A stretch of DNA of 64,000 bases from Takakia lepidozioides (taxonomy: Eukaryota; Plantae; Bryophyta), in assembly GCA_030704615.1 (NCBI GenBank), contig CM060733.1, positions 2,852,001 through 2,916,000 of the forward strand, read 5' to 3'. The notes beneath the pieces are model-generated. The model did no database searches. It was not told where the DNA came from and saw nothing but the letters and a program-made list of their open reading frames with translations. This document shows, piece by piece, positions 35,584 through 50,600 of this stretch. Position 1 is the first letter of the stretch, and each line of letters opens with the position of its first letter. The translations under genes were made by a program, and so were the position numbers.

Positions 35584-36809
35584 CAGTAAGAAGGTTGTGC
35601 ACATATATATGTAAATTGTACAGGGATGTCCTGGAGAGGGTACAGCTTTTGGGCACATACCTGCTGAATATTCGGGTTTGGAAATCCTAGTAGCTCTGCA
35701 GGCTTATATCCTCGCTTTGAAAATTTGGCAAGTTTTGTAGCAGTACTAGTGAGAGCGCTACAGTTGGCTTGGTAAACTCTAGTTCCACTTGCAATTCAGG
35801 TTCTAATCTTCATAACTCATGACGTATGCGACAACATTCTGAGTTAGGAGTGTTTTTGGCGAAACTCACTGGAGTTGTATTTCGGGACAGGCCTTTCATC
35901 AACTCGCGCAATACCTTCCGTCTCCACAATTGCATTTTATGTGCACACAAAGAGCAAATTTAGTTCGCTCCTCATTCACAGCAGTCCCATCACATGTTCC
36001 ACAGAAAACTTGGAAGGTTTGCCAGAGTAGTGGTTGATGCTGGATACCACTCCGGTTTGACTCCGGTTTGATAGCGACTTTGGATTCTGGCACAGGATGC
36101 AAGTCCGAGGCAATATTGGATACCAGCAAGTTTGTGCCATACATCGCGGAGCTTGCACGACCAAAAATGCATTTTAGTCTTATGAAACCCTCAAGTTCGC
36201 AGTACAGGTACACAGGTAACCCTTTTCTCGGGCTGCCGTGGCAAAGCTCGGTGCATTTCATTCTAATTCTGAAGTGGTCTTGTAGGCTCACAGCCCAACA
36301 CAACAGAGCACCACACAAGCAGCTCATGAATCACAAGGGAAAGTTTATTGCACCACCGTTTGTATGTATGTACCAAACAAGATGGATGGCTACCAAACAA
36401 TCTGTCAGCAACGGAAACCTAAGCCTATTTCTAGAAAATCTTGCGAAACTGATCATGAAGTCGGGTGAGGACAACATTGAAAAAGGGAAATGCGAGTTTT
36501 GGATATGAAGTTGATTTACTGAAGTTTTCGGTGGAAAGGCATGCCAAGTGGCAGAGCAGAGTGGGTGGTCTGTGGCTGGATGCAAAAGCGATGGCGGACA
36601 CCAATCCCGTGTTGCCGTGTACCACACTTTGCAGTGCGCGCCTTGTCGTTCACGCCGTCCCAATAAAGATAAAAATCGGTGAAGAGTAGGGGAAGGATCG
36701 ATTGTCTTTCCTCGATTTCGCGGCGCATTCTCTGTAGTTGGAGCGCTGTTGGTTGTTGATCTCCGTTCATAGTTGTGGTTGCTCTGTGGTTGTTGTTCTA
36801 CCGATCACC

Positions 36810-39028
36810 ATGGGCTTGGAGGTACCCGCTGTTCTTACCCGCTCCTGCTGTAGTCTGCTGTTGTTTGTGTCGTGCGCGCCTTCGAATTCTGTGAGGGACG
36901 TGTGAATGAGAGTAGAAGTAATGCAGAGATGCATATGTGTACGAGGTTCGGGCTTGTTCTGAGATTGGTCGGAAATGAAATGAAATATGAAATGGTACTT
37001 CATAACGTCCGCGGAAAGCTGAAAGAGCTTACGGGACAAGAGGAAGAAGGAAAGAAAGAGAGAGGGGCCACAAACAGCCCAACAGCAACTAAAGCTCAAG
37101 GGATTGTCTAAGAGTCAACGCTTCCTGCATGTAAGCTGCCAGGCATTTCTGATCCTCGTAAGGGAAGAGATTGGGTATCCCGGAATAGACAGTTGAAAAT
37201 CCCACGCATCTCATAGTGTATAATGGGCAGTGTAAGAAGAAAATGTTGTTCACTTTTAATCTCCCAGTAGTTCCCTGTGCAAGCGGGCACATCGGTCGTC
37301 ACATTGCAGATTTGCCCACCTACGAGTCTCTGTCCGCAGACTGCTCAGAGAAAGAAACGGTTGCGTTCTTTGAGAAAGTTAAGCAGAGTCGTGTAGTTTT
37401 GCGGTTGTTCTCCCTCTTCTTATCCTTTTCAGGAAGCTGATAGGATATTATGTCGCTTCTTTAAGGTGAATATGGTGCTTTAGGTGTGCATGCATGTGCC
37501 TTCGTTGTGTTTTCGTTTGATACTCTTCACTTGGGGTGCCGGGCGATTCTTGGAGCTTAATTTTTCTGTCTTAGTATTGTAGTCTGAGGTTCATTGAGAT
37601 AACGCGAGGCATGCGAGGAGGTATGGAATTTTCTGAGGAATTCTCCGGGTATTATTGCTTGTCAAAGGACTGACGAGTGGAAGGCCTGCCATAATTTTGG
37701 CGTGGTTATCTGCCGGTCTTTCCTGATCCTGATCATGGATATTGGGCCTCTGCTTGTAGAACTCTGTCATGTACTGGCGCGGTTATGTTGCCCAGTGTAT
37801 AACGTGATATGGATTAGGTGGGTGGCCTTCGTGTTAAGTCCATGCATGATTTGGACTCTGTTTATCCAACAGCTGACTAATCTCTAGTGTTGGACAGGCA
37901 AGGCTGTAAATAGGATTTGTGGGATTCCAACATTGTGTCTTCGAATGGGGCTGGGTGGACAGGAGGATTTCCAGAAGGCCACGAAGGATGCCCTGACACT
38001 GCCACCAACAACCACCAATGATGATAAGCTCATCTTGTATGGCCTTTACAAGGTGGCTACCGTGGGAAATCCAGATATTGGCAAGTATCTCTCTCTCTCT
38101 CTTTGTAAACACACATATCTTGTGCTCGTCAAATTACCTCTTTAGACCCCTACTCACTAACTGCTGTGTCTCATCTGAAGTGTCGAAGGAGTATGTGAGC
38201 ATGGTCTTGCAAGAGCTCCAATTATTTCTGGTAATGATCAGTTGTCCTGTGATATTCAAGGGATGTGCAGAAATAGGCCTGGCAGCTGTGGGACCGACTC
38301 TTTTACTTGGGCAGGACAGCTTGTAGTGTACAAAACTGTCTGCCTCCTTTTGTCACCCTCAAACTTGGGCAACATGTGTTGTGGGCATCCTTTTTGGTCA
38401 AATGAAAATGTAGAAATAGTCAATATTAGTAGTCATTCTGATTCCAAATCTCAATGTACAGCTCGTCCTGGACTTTTCGATCCAAAGGGGAAGGCCAAAT
38501 GGGATGCTTGGAAGCTTGTTGAAGGTAAGCTTGTACTTTCTCAGTTGGTCCTCTGGATGTTTCACCTGCTTTTAGCAGTGATTAATGAGGCAATCACCAT
38601 TGACACCACTTAAGTCATTGGGTATGATCCTCATGTGCGACTTGAATTTGTTGCTTGCCTTAGACAAGGCCTTTTGGATGCAGTCTTCAGGCTCAGTAAC
38701 TAGCATTCGTTGCTGTTGTTGCATTTTACCCTTTTAGGTCATTCCTTCATGGCTTTTTGTAGCTATCAATCGACAATGATTCATAGGTAATCTTGTCTAA
38801 ATTTCTACATAGTTAGTATCACTCAACTTCTTTCAGAGGAGCTCTCCTCCATCTGACTAATAAAGTAGCTTCAAGATGAACATAGGGGGTGAAAATCCTT
38901 TGGGATCAATGTTCCATGGAGCTGCAGGAAACTCATGTTTGTTTGCTGTAATCTATTGGGCAGGTCAGTCGAAGGAACAGGCTATGGAGAACTACATCTT
39001 GAAAGTCACACAGCTCTCAGAGAAGTGA
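36810..39028 (+). CDS. ACBP: Small cytosolic acyl-CoA-binding protein (class I, ACBP6-like), 4 exons
   Basis: MGLE|EDFQKATKDALTLPPTTTNDDKLILYGLYKVATVGNPDI|ARPGLFDPKGKAKWDAWKLVE|GQSKEQAMENYILKVTQLSEK*. Confidence 0.95.
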
Positions 39029-39736
39029 GACGCCGGTTATCATCTCAGAGTGGCAATTGCCAGCTCCATTTGTGAACTTCCGTGGTGTACATTCCAGTAG
39101 ACTAATTGTGGGACGAATGAATTGTGGTGTTCTGATGACATTCGCTTTACACATCAATTGTTGAGGCCTCTTTCCCACCATGGGAATGTGGTGGAAAGAA
39201 CCTTGGTGTTGTGTGATTCCTTACAGAATTTACACGCGGAGTTTTATAATGATTAGGACACGTTCGAAGATTGCACCAAGACTATCTTTTCTTTGAGCAT
39301 TTTGAAGCTATTTACTTTTCACATGCCAAAACTTCAGTGCCATCAGATGTGAAACATCACCAACATGACAGCAAAGAGGTGCACAAACCAATACTTTGTA
39401 TCAGTTGTAGTCTTGAATTAAGGACAAAGTAATGAGCTTCCTTGCAGAGGATATGGTGGATTTCATAGTCGCGCTATACCTTCCTTAGGATTTTCTGGAA
39501 AATATAACTATGAGAAGTTAGTGTCTATTCATCAAAACTGTTTTAGTCTGAATACTCGCAAGGTTGGGGCGACCGCCAATCCTTGTTCTAGCAACCTGCA
39601 GCCTGGGCCACATGGCCCTACTATTCAACCGGAGTGGGGTCCCAGCTAATTATGCCATTCCCAAAAATCTCTTTGCACTACTATGTGGCCAATATGAGAT
39701 TATGTCATGAATCTCCTTTAGTTGGTTGTTCCCTCG

Positions 39737-39902
39737 GACATCTTGCTATTATGGTTGCTATCAATCTTACGTCCATTCTTGGCAAGTCAGAAGCTAGATA
39801 GATTCCTCTAGTTGGGTAGACATCTTGCTATTATGGTTGCTATCCATCTTCCGTCCATTCTTGGCAAGTCAGAAGCTAGATAGATTCCTCTAGTTGGGTA
39901 GA
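39737..39902. repeat. 82-bp tandem duplication
   Basis: gacatcttgctattatgg...ctagttgggta x2, near identical. Confidence 0.9.
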
Positions 39903-40876
39903 TGCCCGCATATTGGCCAAAACCCCCTAAGATTTGTATGTGCAAATCTTGTAGCATGCTGCCCACCCCATTTATTATTTATTACAAGTGCTAAAACACG
40001 GGAAGATTTGTATGCCCAAAGCTCCTTGCATATTGCCCATGCCATTTATTATTTATTACCAATGTCCCAACATTCAAAGGAATTACAGAAAAAGATTTGA
40101 GGTCTGTGAGTATACATATATTCTGCGCCTTCGGCCTGTTTGATAGCGCATGCGTAAATTGGAGACTATTTGTTGTAATTCCGTTCCAATTCCTGGAATT
40201 CGAGGGAATGTATGCAGTGATGTCTGTCATACTGTTGACCTGAAGCCTCTGGGGTCAATTATATCGAAGTTTTGTTAGCAAAATTTATAGGATTTCTTTT
40301 TTCTTTTTTCTTTTCCTACATAGACCTCCAAAGTTACCACGATTATGTTGGATTATTAATGACATAGTTGGATGGGGGTCAGAGCAGGGTTCCGTGGACA
40401 GCTGCAAGTGCCTCCCCATGAATCGCCCCAGGATTAAGGAGGCGGCTATTGGACGAAGTAGGATATTCCCTAAGGGGCGCCCCCATGGATCCGCCACTTG
40501 CTATGGCCAAGGGGGAGTTGAACACCCTGACAGCGGGCCCAGCTGGGCCTCCCCTGGGCGAACCACCCTCCGCGGTCGGTGTAGTTCAATAATTGCATGA
40601 ATACCCGAATTACATGATCCCCAAAACCCATGCCCTCCACATGCCTCACGGCCACCCATGCCCACCACATGCATACATGCACATGACATAAGTATGAGAT
40701 ATGATTAGATTGAATTTTTAATTGCAAGGATGGCACCCAAGTGCGAAATGTCTGAATCTGTCTCTGTCGAGTCGCTTGGCATCCTCCACTTCCGCAGTGT
40801 CCTCACCGCGTGACAATGGCCACCACTACTTTCCACGATCTCTTTCATCTGTGTAATTTAGTCGTCTCATGCTCTT

Positions 40877-43800
40877 GTGGAGGAAAATGATCGTAGGTGG
40901 CATCGCTTCCAACTTCGTCGATGGAGAGAATGTTGGCGCAAAGCTTCTGAAAACACAATTGCGAAATATTCACATGTTTGTTTTGTGATCATACGAGCAA
41001 TGATCAACACACCAACAGCAGGAGCATCAAACACGGGATTATCTAGGGTTCGTGGCATTCAAACTCCATGTATTTGGCTTTGTGAGGACATATGGGCTGT
41101 AACAGGTGTGTGTAATGACCGCCATTCTTTTGCGTTTGCATTTTGCAGACCTCACTACCTCATCACTATGGTGAAGCGAAGCACAATGACAAAGAATAGG
41201 CGCCAATATCATGAGGAATATGATACTGGCGAGTGGGACGACCTCATTTGCGAGCGCACTCCAAGGCCCGCGTTCAAGAACCTGGTGATCACCACAGGAA
41301 TGTATCTACTGCCACATTATTTACAAAGATAAGAATGAATGTTCACAGGATTAATGGTTGTCCTGTAGTAAACAGGAAACTGAAGAACAGAAGAGTCGGG
41401 GCGGAAATACAAAACAACCATGTAGCAGGTGCTAATTCTTTCCTCATTTACATCACCTGATTTTGCTCTTTGGTGTGTGGACTTAATTCTGTCAAGGACA
41501 TCCATTCATTGCAGCAAACTAATGTTCTTGTCCACGTTCTATGTTCGTAGCTTACATAAGGCCATGGAGGACGTATTGTGAGTTCAACACCGCAATAAGT
41601 TCCCCTCGTTTCTTCCATTTACATGGTACAATTCGGATCATGTTATTGTATAGGGACCGCAGCCAGAGCCACAAATGAACAACTTCTTACTAGTAATCAG
41701 CTTCTTCTTGTTTCTATTACCAAACACTGAACAATGCTGAAATGCAAATCTTTACATACCATAATGGTGTGGTTCAGTTGTGTGCACGGTAGGTAGATCA
41801 TGTACGGTATCTGTGTTTTCCCAACTTGTGAGGGCCTGAATAAAAGGTCTGGTCCAACTAAATTTTGGCATTACCAACCAATTCACTGTAAGGCAAAAAC
41901 CATTAAACATTCATGCAGTTCGGGGATTCCGTATTTGTTTGGCAGGAGGCGGCATGGACAAGGCAGTAACAGAAGCACTGATGTGTGGTTCTTCACAACT
42001 GTGCCAGCTAAGCATGTGCCTTTGCGCCTGGAAGACATGGATAATCTTCAAGATCCAAGGGGTTGGAGTAGTGATAGAATGATATCTTTTTGGATTACCT
42101 GGAAGGGCTCATCTATTCCCTACCATGTTACGTGTAAATATGTAGCTTTGCATTCCTTTACTTGGATAGAACTTCGAGAGCATTGTAAGAAGTATGGTAG
42201 TACAGGTGAGTCCAAAAAAACATGGGAGGAGGGCACAGGTTTTCGAAATTTGATGGTTTCAGGCATTCATGCTCAAGAGATACTAGAAGATCTTTACTCA
42301 TAACTAAGTCACAGATCTAGCAAGCCTCATGCGCTCTGCATGGAATTGAGATACAACTATCCTGCAGGGTGTGACACTAAATATGCAACGAGTATACAAC
42401 CCTCAACACCTAAGAATGATTAAGTAACGGCATACTAGAGGGAAAAGAAGAGATTGGTGCTTAGCTATAAGTAAGTGTAGATCGTAGCGATGAGTAACTG
42501 GAGATCGTGGGAGAGAGTGCTCACTAATGAGTAAAGCCGATCTGAAGTATTTTGAAGTACATATCCTACGGTCCTCCGTGCACACTAGCCACGGTAACTA
42601 GATACTTTCTACATTCCCATTCAGTGAGTATTGTCTGCAGACAAAACGAGCTGTAAAGTCTAGATGCCAGAAAGTGATCAACCTCCCACTGCTTTCGCTG
42701 CGGGCAAGATAGTCAGGCCAAGTAGCATGCAAAGTTTCTAAAATCGATCAACAGGGAACGCTTTAGTGAATAAATCTGCGAGTTGCTCTGTAGTAGCAAC
42801 GTAAAGAACATTGATGGTACCAAGAAGCTGATGCTCTCTGATGAAATGGTACCGGACGTCAATATGTTTTGTCCTCCTGTGGAATTCAGGATTATGCACG
42901 AGCCGAATGGAACTTTGATTGTCGTTGAAGAGTTTGGTTGGTTGCGGCTGATGAAATCCAAGTTGGTCAGTAAGCGACGTCACCAAACTACTTCCTTCGT
43001 TGTCATGCTCGCAGCCACATATTCAGCCTCCGTAGTGGAGCTAGCAACGCAAGCTTGTTTGCGACTACACCAAACGATAGGACCTTGGTTCAGAAGTATG
43101 ACACAACCACTTCTTGATTTGCGATCTGTAACATCCCCGCGTAATCAGCATCCACATAAGCCTGTATGAGATTTGTGTCAGTGTTCCCATCATAGCATAA
43201 AGCCAACTTAATAGTGCCAGACAGATATCTGAAAATCCGTTTGACTGCAAGGTAGTGGGACCTTCGTGGTTTGGAGGAGATCTTGGCCACTGTGTTAATT
43301 GCAAGTTATGTCCGGACGGCTACCCATTTGAGCAAATTGCAAGCTCCCAACTGCTTCTGCATAGGGGAAATATGGGTCTGAGTCCTCAAGAATATCTGAG
43401 GTGTCATCAAGCCGAATATTTGGGTCCGCTGGAGTGGCGATAGGAGTGCAATGGTCAAAGCCAAATCGTTTCAGAATTCTCTTGACGTAGAGGTATTGTG
43501 CCCGTCTTTTATTAGTAAGTACTAGACTTCATCCCCATTTGTTGTTTCCAACTTTGCATATAAAGTCCATTACATACAGTCTCAACATACATGTTTTTTA
43601 CATGCGCACATACTGCAAGTTGTTTTGTAGTTCTCACTGGAGTGTGCTTATTCTGGAGGCTCACAGATTCCTGCACCTCAACTCTATCTAAAACTCACAT
43701 AAGATTGTAACTTCCACCAAGATGTGGCCAAATTGTGGGCAGTGCTACGCGACATGTTCCCTGCATCACCTGAATGAAAGTGGACATGTTCCTCAGCCCG

Positions 43801-44182
43801 GTGGTTGCGGCCTCTTGTACCCCAACAGCCTTCGAATTGGGAATGTGGTTACATTTGCACCCATTACATTGACATGTACTACCTCCATGAAACTTTTGTT
43901 GATCCCCGTCCAAATAGGGCGGGTCCAGTAAGACCTCTGGATTTCTGCTGCTACAATTTGGCAGTCCCATGTGTTGTGCCCTCCTTTCCTAGTAATCGTC
44001 TTTGCAATGCGTACGTCGACAAGACGTGGTTTCCTATGAAAGATGCTCTTCACAAGAGGCTGGAAATGCAACATATGGTGGAAATGGAGTTGAAAGGGCA
44101 CACTCCACATGGGCTGCCCAATGTCAACAAGACTGTCGTGCCTGACAAGGACGACTACCCATTGTTCCTTCTTCCTGTGTAG
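40877..44182 (+). pseudogene. TE-type Ulp1/C48 protease gene relic, split by a copia fragment
   Basis: LRLEDMDNLQDPRGWSSDRMISFWI...LHSFTW at ~42020-42170 and VPQQPSNWECGYIC at ~43815-43860 (Ulp1 QQxNxxDCG). Confidence 0.65.
42270..43500 (-). mobile_element. Ty1/copia 3' fragment (RT C-terminus, RNase H, PPT, ~410-bp 3' LTR at 42270-42680)
   Basis: YVDADYAG, SSTTEAEY, DNQSSI, RTKHIDVRYHFIRE and QLADLFTK motifs. Purine tract agtgggagg lies before TGATCAC. Confidence 0.9.
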
Positions 44183-44662
44183 TTCTTTGATGACAGTCCA
44201 CAGTAGCATGCTCCTCGCATTCTATTCTGTAGTTGTATTTCAATGTGTCCTCATTGACATGAAGCCATTTGTAGTCCGAAAGGGTGCTACACGTTGGAAA
44301 AGCTACCATCACAAGCACCAAAATACCTCTCAATTACCACTAGGTGTGCACAGACCTTGAGGAACAGAAAGATTCATTTGGTAACATGCTCGAAGAAAGA
44401 CTGCAACATGACTCATAAGACACCATATGCACAATGGGCAACTCAATGTGACGCTCATTGGATATTTTTCATGTAACTATATTGACTTCGTTGCAGACCA
44501 ACGTTGAAACTGAATGCCTCCAAATTATGAGAAGTAAAGCAAGAAACAGCTGATGAAGACAGTCCCACCAAGGGGCCAGATGACACAATGTGAACCTAAC
44601 AGATTTCCCACCAGAATGTAAGCTTTGTAATGTCTCTATCAGGAGAGTAGGATGAGAGAGAA

Positions 44663-47600
44663 TCAGTTTTGGAGGGATGCAGTCTCAGTATGCAAGTCAC
44701 TGCCACCCACATCACGCAAATCGCCAACAATGTTGTGATTCTCCAACCGTCCACTTACTCCCATTCCCATATCCAGATCCTCACCATGGCGCTTGTACTG
44801 TAGCTACAGTCACATGGCAAACACCCAATTCTTTAAAATTGCATACTGGTTTGCAGTCTATCATACACTCAAAACACAGACTCACCTTTAGTATTTGTTA
44901 GCATGTGTACACCTCAGGCAACACCCTGGTAGCTGCAGGTGATGCTCGACACCAGCTTGGCCTTCTACATTCCTGGCTCCCTGTCCCTCTCTAGCCAAGT
45001 TGTTGCAGACACATAACTGCTAGCAGTGGGTGGGCCTTCTAAAGCCTGTGGTTAAAGAACCAGTCTTCAGGGAGTGGATACATCTCTCAATTAAGTTGCC
45101 TTTCTTTGTTGTTTGTTCATCTTAAGTGAACGACCAGCTTCAATTAGCTGCTGTCACTGAGTTAAGGAAATGAACGTCACCTGTGTGTAATGGCTGGATG
45201 CAATAGACAGTGATGAGGGTAAAAGACAGCTCAACGGATCACTGCCATTGGATCGGTATGCACGGCTAGCCAGGCTCAAATTGACATTTACTCCCTCACC
45301 ATCAGGACCGTTCATCTCCGAGCCTTGCAAACGTTCCGCCCTTCTTTCTAGCTCAAAAACCTGAGCATGTGTGGTCAAGGTTGTTGGTAGGCCTACTTCC
45401 CTGACTTTGACCTGTTTGTATCAACCGGGGGAAAACCTTTAGAGGCTTGTGGCAGAGCCAGGGGAACAGAAATAGGGGATATGAACAACCATACAATGAA
45501 ACAAGGAGTCAAGACTTCTGGTTTGTGGACCTGTTTTCACATTATAACCTTTCTGATGTCATATCACAAAAAGTATGAAACAATGCATGAAAGCAGTCAC
45601 TAAAAGGATTGGCTCCAGAGCTGTCATGCGTTGACATAAGCGAAGAAACTCTATTGAAAGAGAGACAGAGACAATGGGGCTTTCATGAACTGTACTCTTT
45701 CCAGATGGGGGCTCCTGGAGGTTATTGGTGTCTCGGCTCCTTGGCGAAGATTGGCCTTGGTTTCCAAAGGGACAAAAAACTCCTCCTTCACTTCAGCTTT
45801 ATCGGACTTGTCTGTGGCACCAGCTAGGCTGAGCCGCACACTTGGTCTTGGCCCAGCAGTCCAATCACCGTCATCCACATCACTATCCCTCACACTAAAG
45901 CCATTTTGTTGATGGACCACCAACCGATTTGTGACCCTTCGATTATTCTGCAAGACAGCAGGTGCCAGTCGCTTTGGGACAGGGCCTCCTACACCATCGC
46001 CATATGTATCGCTATTTCCCTCGCTCTCTCTGTTAGGTGGTCGAATGCCAGTGGAAACTGCATAGACAGGAAACAAGGACAGATGATGCATAGGACAACC
46101 AGAAAGTGCACCACATCTCCCGAAAGTCCTCATCCACATGAGCCCCAAGTTGGTCTCACAGGTAGTGCATTGGACATGAACACATAAACAGACACTGCCA
46201 GCTCAATGGATACACCCAGGCTACTCAGAGAGAAACAGAGCACTCCATACAGAGAAGACAAAATGAAAGAGAACGAAAAAAAATCGTAAAAAGAGATTGC
46301 TTTTACATAACAAGACAGCATACATTCTTTACCGTTTTTTCTCGTAACATGTCCCTCTATATCACTGCCATCAGGCACCACAGCAGCTGGAACTGCAATG
46401 TGATTGGCCACCACACGTTCGTGACTCCTCACATGATTTGCCAAGGCTGGGACATGGTGGCTGGGTTGCTCAGGCTCACCATCACTTATACCATCAATTT
46501 CAGAATTTGCATGCAGATTCAGCCTCTCCCCATCTTCCGCAGCTAGCTCCTCTACCAGCTTTTGTAACCTTCCATGTGTCCTGAAATTACACGAGTGATT
46601 GTCAAACTTTTTACATTTCCTTTTTAATGAAAACAGTTGCCAGCCATGTAAATCCATCTGAACCGAAGGTTTATCGCCATGTTTGTCCATTGATCACCAA
46701 TTGTGTCTGCCATGACTGGTACAGCATAAATCTGGCTGTAAAAGCTATTGTCACATGCATACAGAAAACAACTTTTACCAAACGTGCCCAACATGGAGTG
46801 TCTCCTTAGGGTAAGAGAGAGCCTCACTAACAAGGAGAATAACTGTCCTGTAGGCTTTTCCTTTAAAAGATAGAGAAGACACTTCCACTCAAAATCCGCT
46901 CATTGAATAGGTAGATGATCAAAGCTTACATTTTCACCTCATCTTGGGCGCGAATGTAGCGTGTAAAGATCCTCACAAACATTTTCATCTTTGAGCCCAA
47001 CCTGAAAGGAATGTACAAGCAACGCAACAACAGCATATATGAATTCAAAATGCATAGAAAACAGGTATATGTACAAGAAATGAAAATCTTAAAGGCTGTA
47101 TACTCCATTCATCAACAGGGAGGGAAAAGAGTTTTCAGTGAAGCAGAATGTGGCGCACCTTCTGTAGTCCTCATTTGCCCCAGCCAATCTGAATTCAAGC
47201 TCTGAATTTTGAGTAGATAGCTCAGATGTTTCATGTGCCTTCTTCTCCAGGGAGTGCTGTGAAAAGAATTCCAATAGATATTAAGAGAGACCCATAAGCC
47301 GAAAAACAGATGTCCAAGACACTGCAGTATGCCCTTGGAACATTCCTACTGCTAAAGAGGAACAATTTGCAAAAGTTGAAGAGATGACAACCCTCGTATC
47401 TTTCAGTACAAGTGTAGGTCTGATGACACCTCAAGCTTTGACTTCTGGTCCACCAAGGTATTATTCTCCGCTTGCACCTGCCGCAACTGCAGCAGCCCAA
47501 ACAGAATTCTTCGTAAGAGAACTTTCAGTTTCATATGCTGAAGGCTTTGAAGGCTCCAGGAAAACTATGATGCTGTTATCAACATAGTTGAAAGGACCAA

Positions 47601-50600
47601 GTTCTGTAATCCGAAACACAGTTTATCATAAGACATTTGAAATTTGTCGTAAAAGACAATGAGAAACTCAGATTGTGCAGCAAGGTACTCGTAAGACGTT
47701 GTTTGCCACAGCTTTGTCGCTGTAGCAAACAGCAAACAGAAAGTACTCATTCCAGTCCCAGTGAATATTGGCTTGCCGTAGCCTTACAGCCCTTGATCCC
47801 GCGGAAAACTAACCCTCCCAGAGCTTTTTACGGGGTTCGCACCAACCAGGGTTTAGCTTATCCCCACAGCTCAGCTGCAGGTATGAACTTATTTTCCCAC
47901 AATTGCCATTATGGCGTAGACAGAGGCACTTGTCCAAATGCAAACTCGACAGCCCGGTTGCAGAGTTATTGATTTTAGTTTTATAGCCCTGCGTTAACCA
48001 GAATCGACATGCTTGGGGATCTGCAGGGCACAGGAAGCTTCCGCCTGTCACTCTGGGCTGTGTGGTTGGTCAAGAGGGTGAAAAGTAGGAAAAACCTGGT
48101 CTTCGAGTGTGCCATTGGTGGTAGGAGGAGTTCTCATCCGAGGCTTGAAGTCACCACCAGCCATGGCATCATCAATGCCAAAGTCTTCACCTGAAACATC
48201 ACTAAAATGGGCATCGACAGCATCGAGCCGTGCCCTCTTGCTCTCCCTCCTGCCATGATCATGGTCAAGTGTCAACAAAGGCTTTCATTACATTACCTTT
48301 CATGCCCAGACAAACCACAATGGACCCCTCCCTGCTCCAATTCAAAGGCAATAACACATATCTGGGCTCCATCAGTGGATAGACTTGTCACCACAACCAT
48401 CTCCATATAAATTGACAAATGCAAGCACTTTCAGGCTTTAGAGAGGGGTGGGCTGCAACCATACTAAGGGAAACAACATTTATCCCAGAGACTGCAAAAA
48501 AAGTAGTCTTTTATAAAGAATATCTGACCTTTTATGGGACGGTGATCTCTGTGCTGACAGAGATCGCGTAGCCCTCCGCCTAGGGGGTGGTGTCCTGGTG
48601 CGACTGCGTCCTCCTACATACATTCATGAATACCCATCAGAGAGCCACATCAGCACACAAATGTATGCCACTGGTATAGCATGTAAACATAAGCACACAT
48701 CGAGTAGATTTTATCAGCACATCAGAAAATGTACGACAGCTACACCACAGCATGTCCTTGACATTTTTCACCAGTCATATCTATGAATACTATGCACTTT
48801 GATGCAACCGCCGAACCAGCAGTGTCACTCCATACTAAGAACACATTAACAGCCATGACCCATCCATTGCTCATAACCACTGCACTGGAAACTTATCCAT
48901 GAAAGGGAGCAATGTCCTTGACAAACAACTGTTTGAATTCCAAGTGCATCAACTATCATAAGGAAAAGCTTTGCAAGCTAACAGAAAGATACAAGGTCTA
49001 TACATGTACATAATATGTGACAAGTCAAAATATATCCAGGGTCCTCAGAAATCAGACAAATATCAGGCATTGACAACCACCTGCCAAGCGTGATACAGTG
49101 CAAGTGGGGCAGAGCCCAACTTCAGTTTAGACATAGGCCAACAAACAGAAGTATCACCAGGAACTCCGGAATCCCAGGACGCATAAAAGGAAAGCACCAC
49201 AACGTAAACTTATGGCTCAGTGCAAACCTACCATGATATGGTTGGCTACAAGCAATTCCCAACACATGTACAGACGGCATGCAGACAACCATAAAGACAC
49301 TCAAAGAACAGACGGACACCTCTCTCCCGTGGTGATGACTTGCGATCAAAGTGCCCAGAACGCCCCCTTACATCCCTGCCAGGCGAGCGCCTGCGGACAG
49401 GTACAGGAGAACGGCGGCGCTCCAACCTCTCCCTCAAATCACCGCTGCGATATCCAGACTCAAGCCGGCCTGACAAAATACAGACTTACATCAAAACTTC
49501 AGGCTCTACTACTCTGCTTATACTCAAAACTCTACTATTGAGAACAGCCAAATATCCTTCTTTTGGATTTTCAGGAGATGAAGGGCTTCTAGCAACTACC
49601 CAATTGGGGAACCTAAGCAAACTTTAGGCCAGTCATTCAAAGTACATTAAGGTGGGCACACACTAGATTCATGTACAGTTCTAAGCATAAAGCCAACCAA
49701 TCAACTTGCTTTAGCTTACCATTTGGTCGAAGTGCACGGGAAACGTCTGATACAGTGGGTCCATGATCATGCCCCTCTGTGCCTTGAAAGACAGTTTAAG
49801 TTGCAGGCTACTCAAGGTCAGATAGATGATATCAATAACAATCCCTTAGACCACTTCCGTTGGTAAGTGTCTAGCAGTGATGCCAACACATCGACACTGA
49901 AAATGTAAACCTCCTTAAATTTAGAGACCAACTCATGGAGGTACTGCCGGAAAGTGTGTGCATCTGTGTGCTCAAACACTACCCCAGACAATTGACGAGC
50001 AAATAAATGCCCAATAAGCCATGTCACTTGAAAATATAAGCAGACTATATAAGTGGTTGCAACCGTCACTGCCCCGAGAACATAAAAAGCTCTCTCTACC
50101 ACCATAATGGCAGAGGTGTATTTGCAGAAGAATTGCGATCTATGCGTCAATACCTTTGTAGTGTAAGATGATTTGAGATATTGTAAGTGGAGTGTTAGAA
50201 AGTGGAGAAAAGATCCTCTTCGATCATCCGATATAAAGGTTTCTACCAGCACCATAATCTGCCATAACGATAGGCAAAGCATACGTCCAGCAAACTCAGA
50301 CCCTGAACCACTTCAACTAAACTCTCCACCAATCTCGTCCTCTTGCTTAAGATAGTTGTGAACGTAGCAGCAAAACTGTGGAAGGCCACAATGCTACTTC
50401 CCTGTAAGAATAATCTATCAGACACGGACCTTGCATAGTACCACTGTGGACTCAGGCCATGCCTGACCCAGTAGGTCTTCTAACATAAACTCCACCATAC
50501 AAAATCTCTAAGGGCCACACCAGTAGCCGTTGTAAAACTGAGAATGCAAGCGTTCCAAAGTTGATTAGGTGTACAGCGAGATCAGGCGGCTTTTAAAAGA

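Noticed and set aside
35899-36770. Overlapping 60-146-aa ORFs between POLL and ACBP
   Set aside because: No motifs. This is the ACBP promoter/intergenic region and the ORFs are likely spurious.
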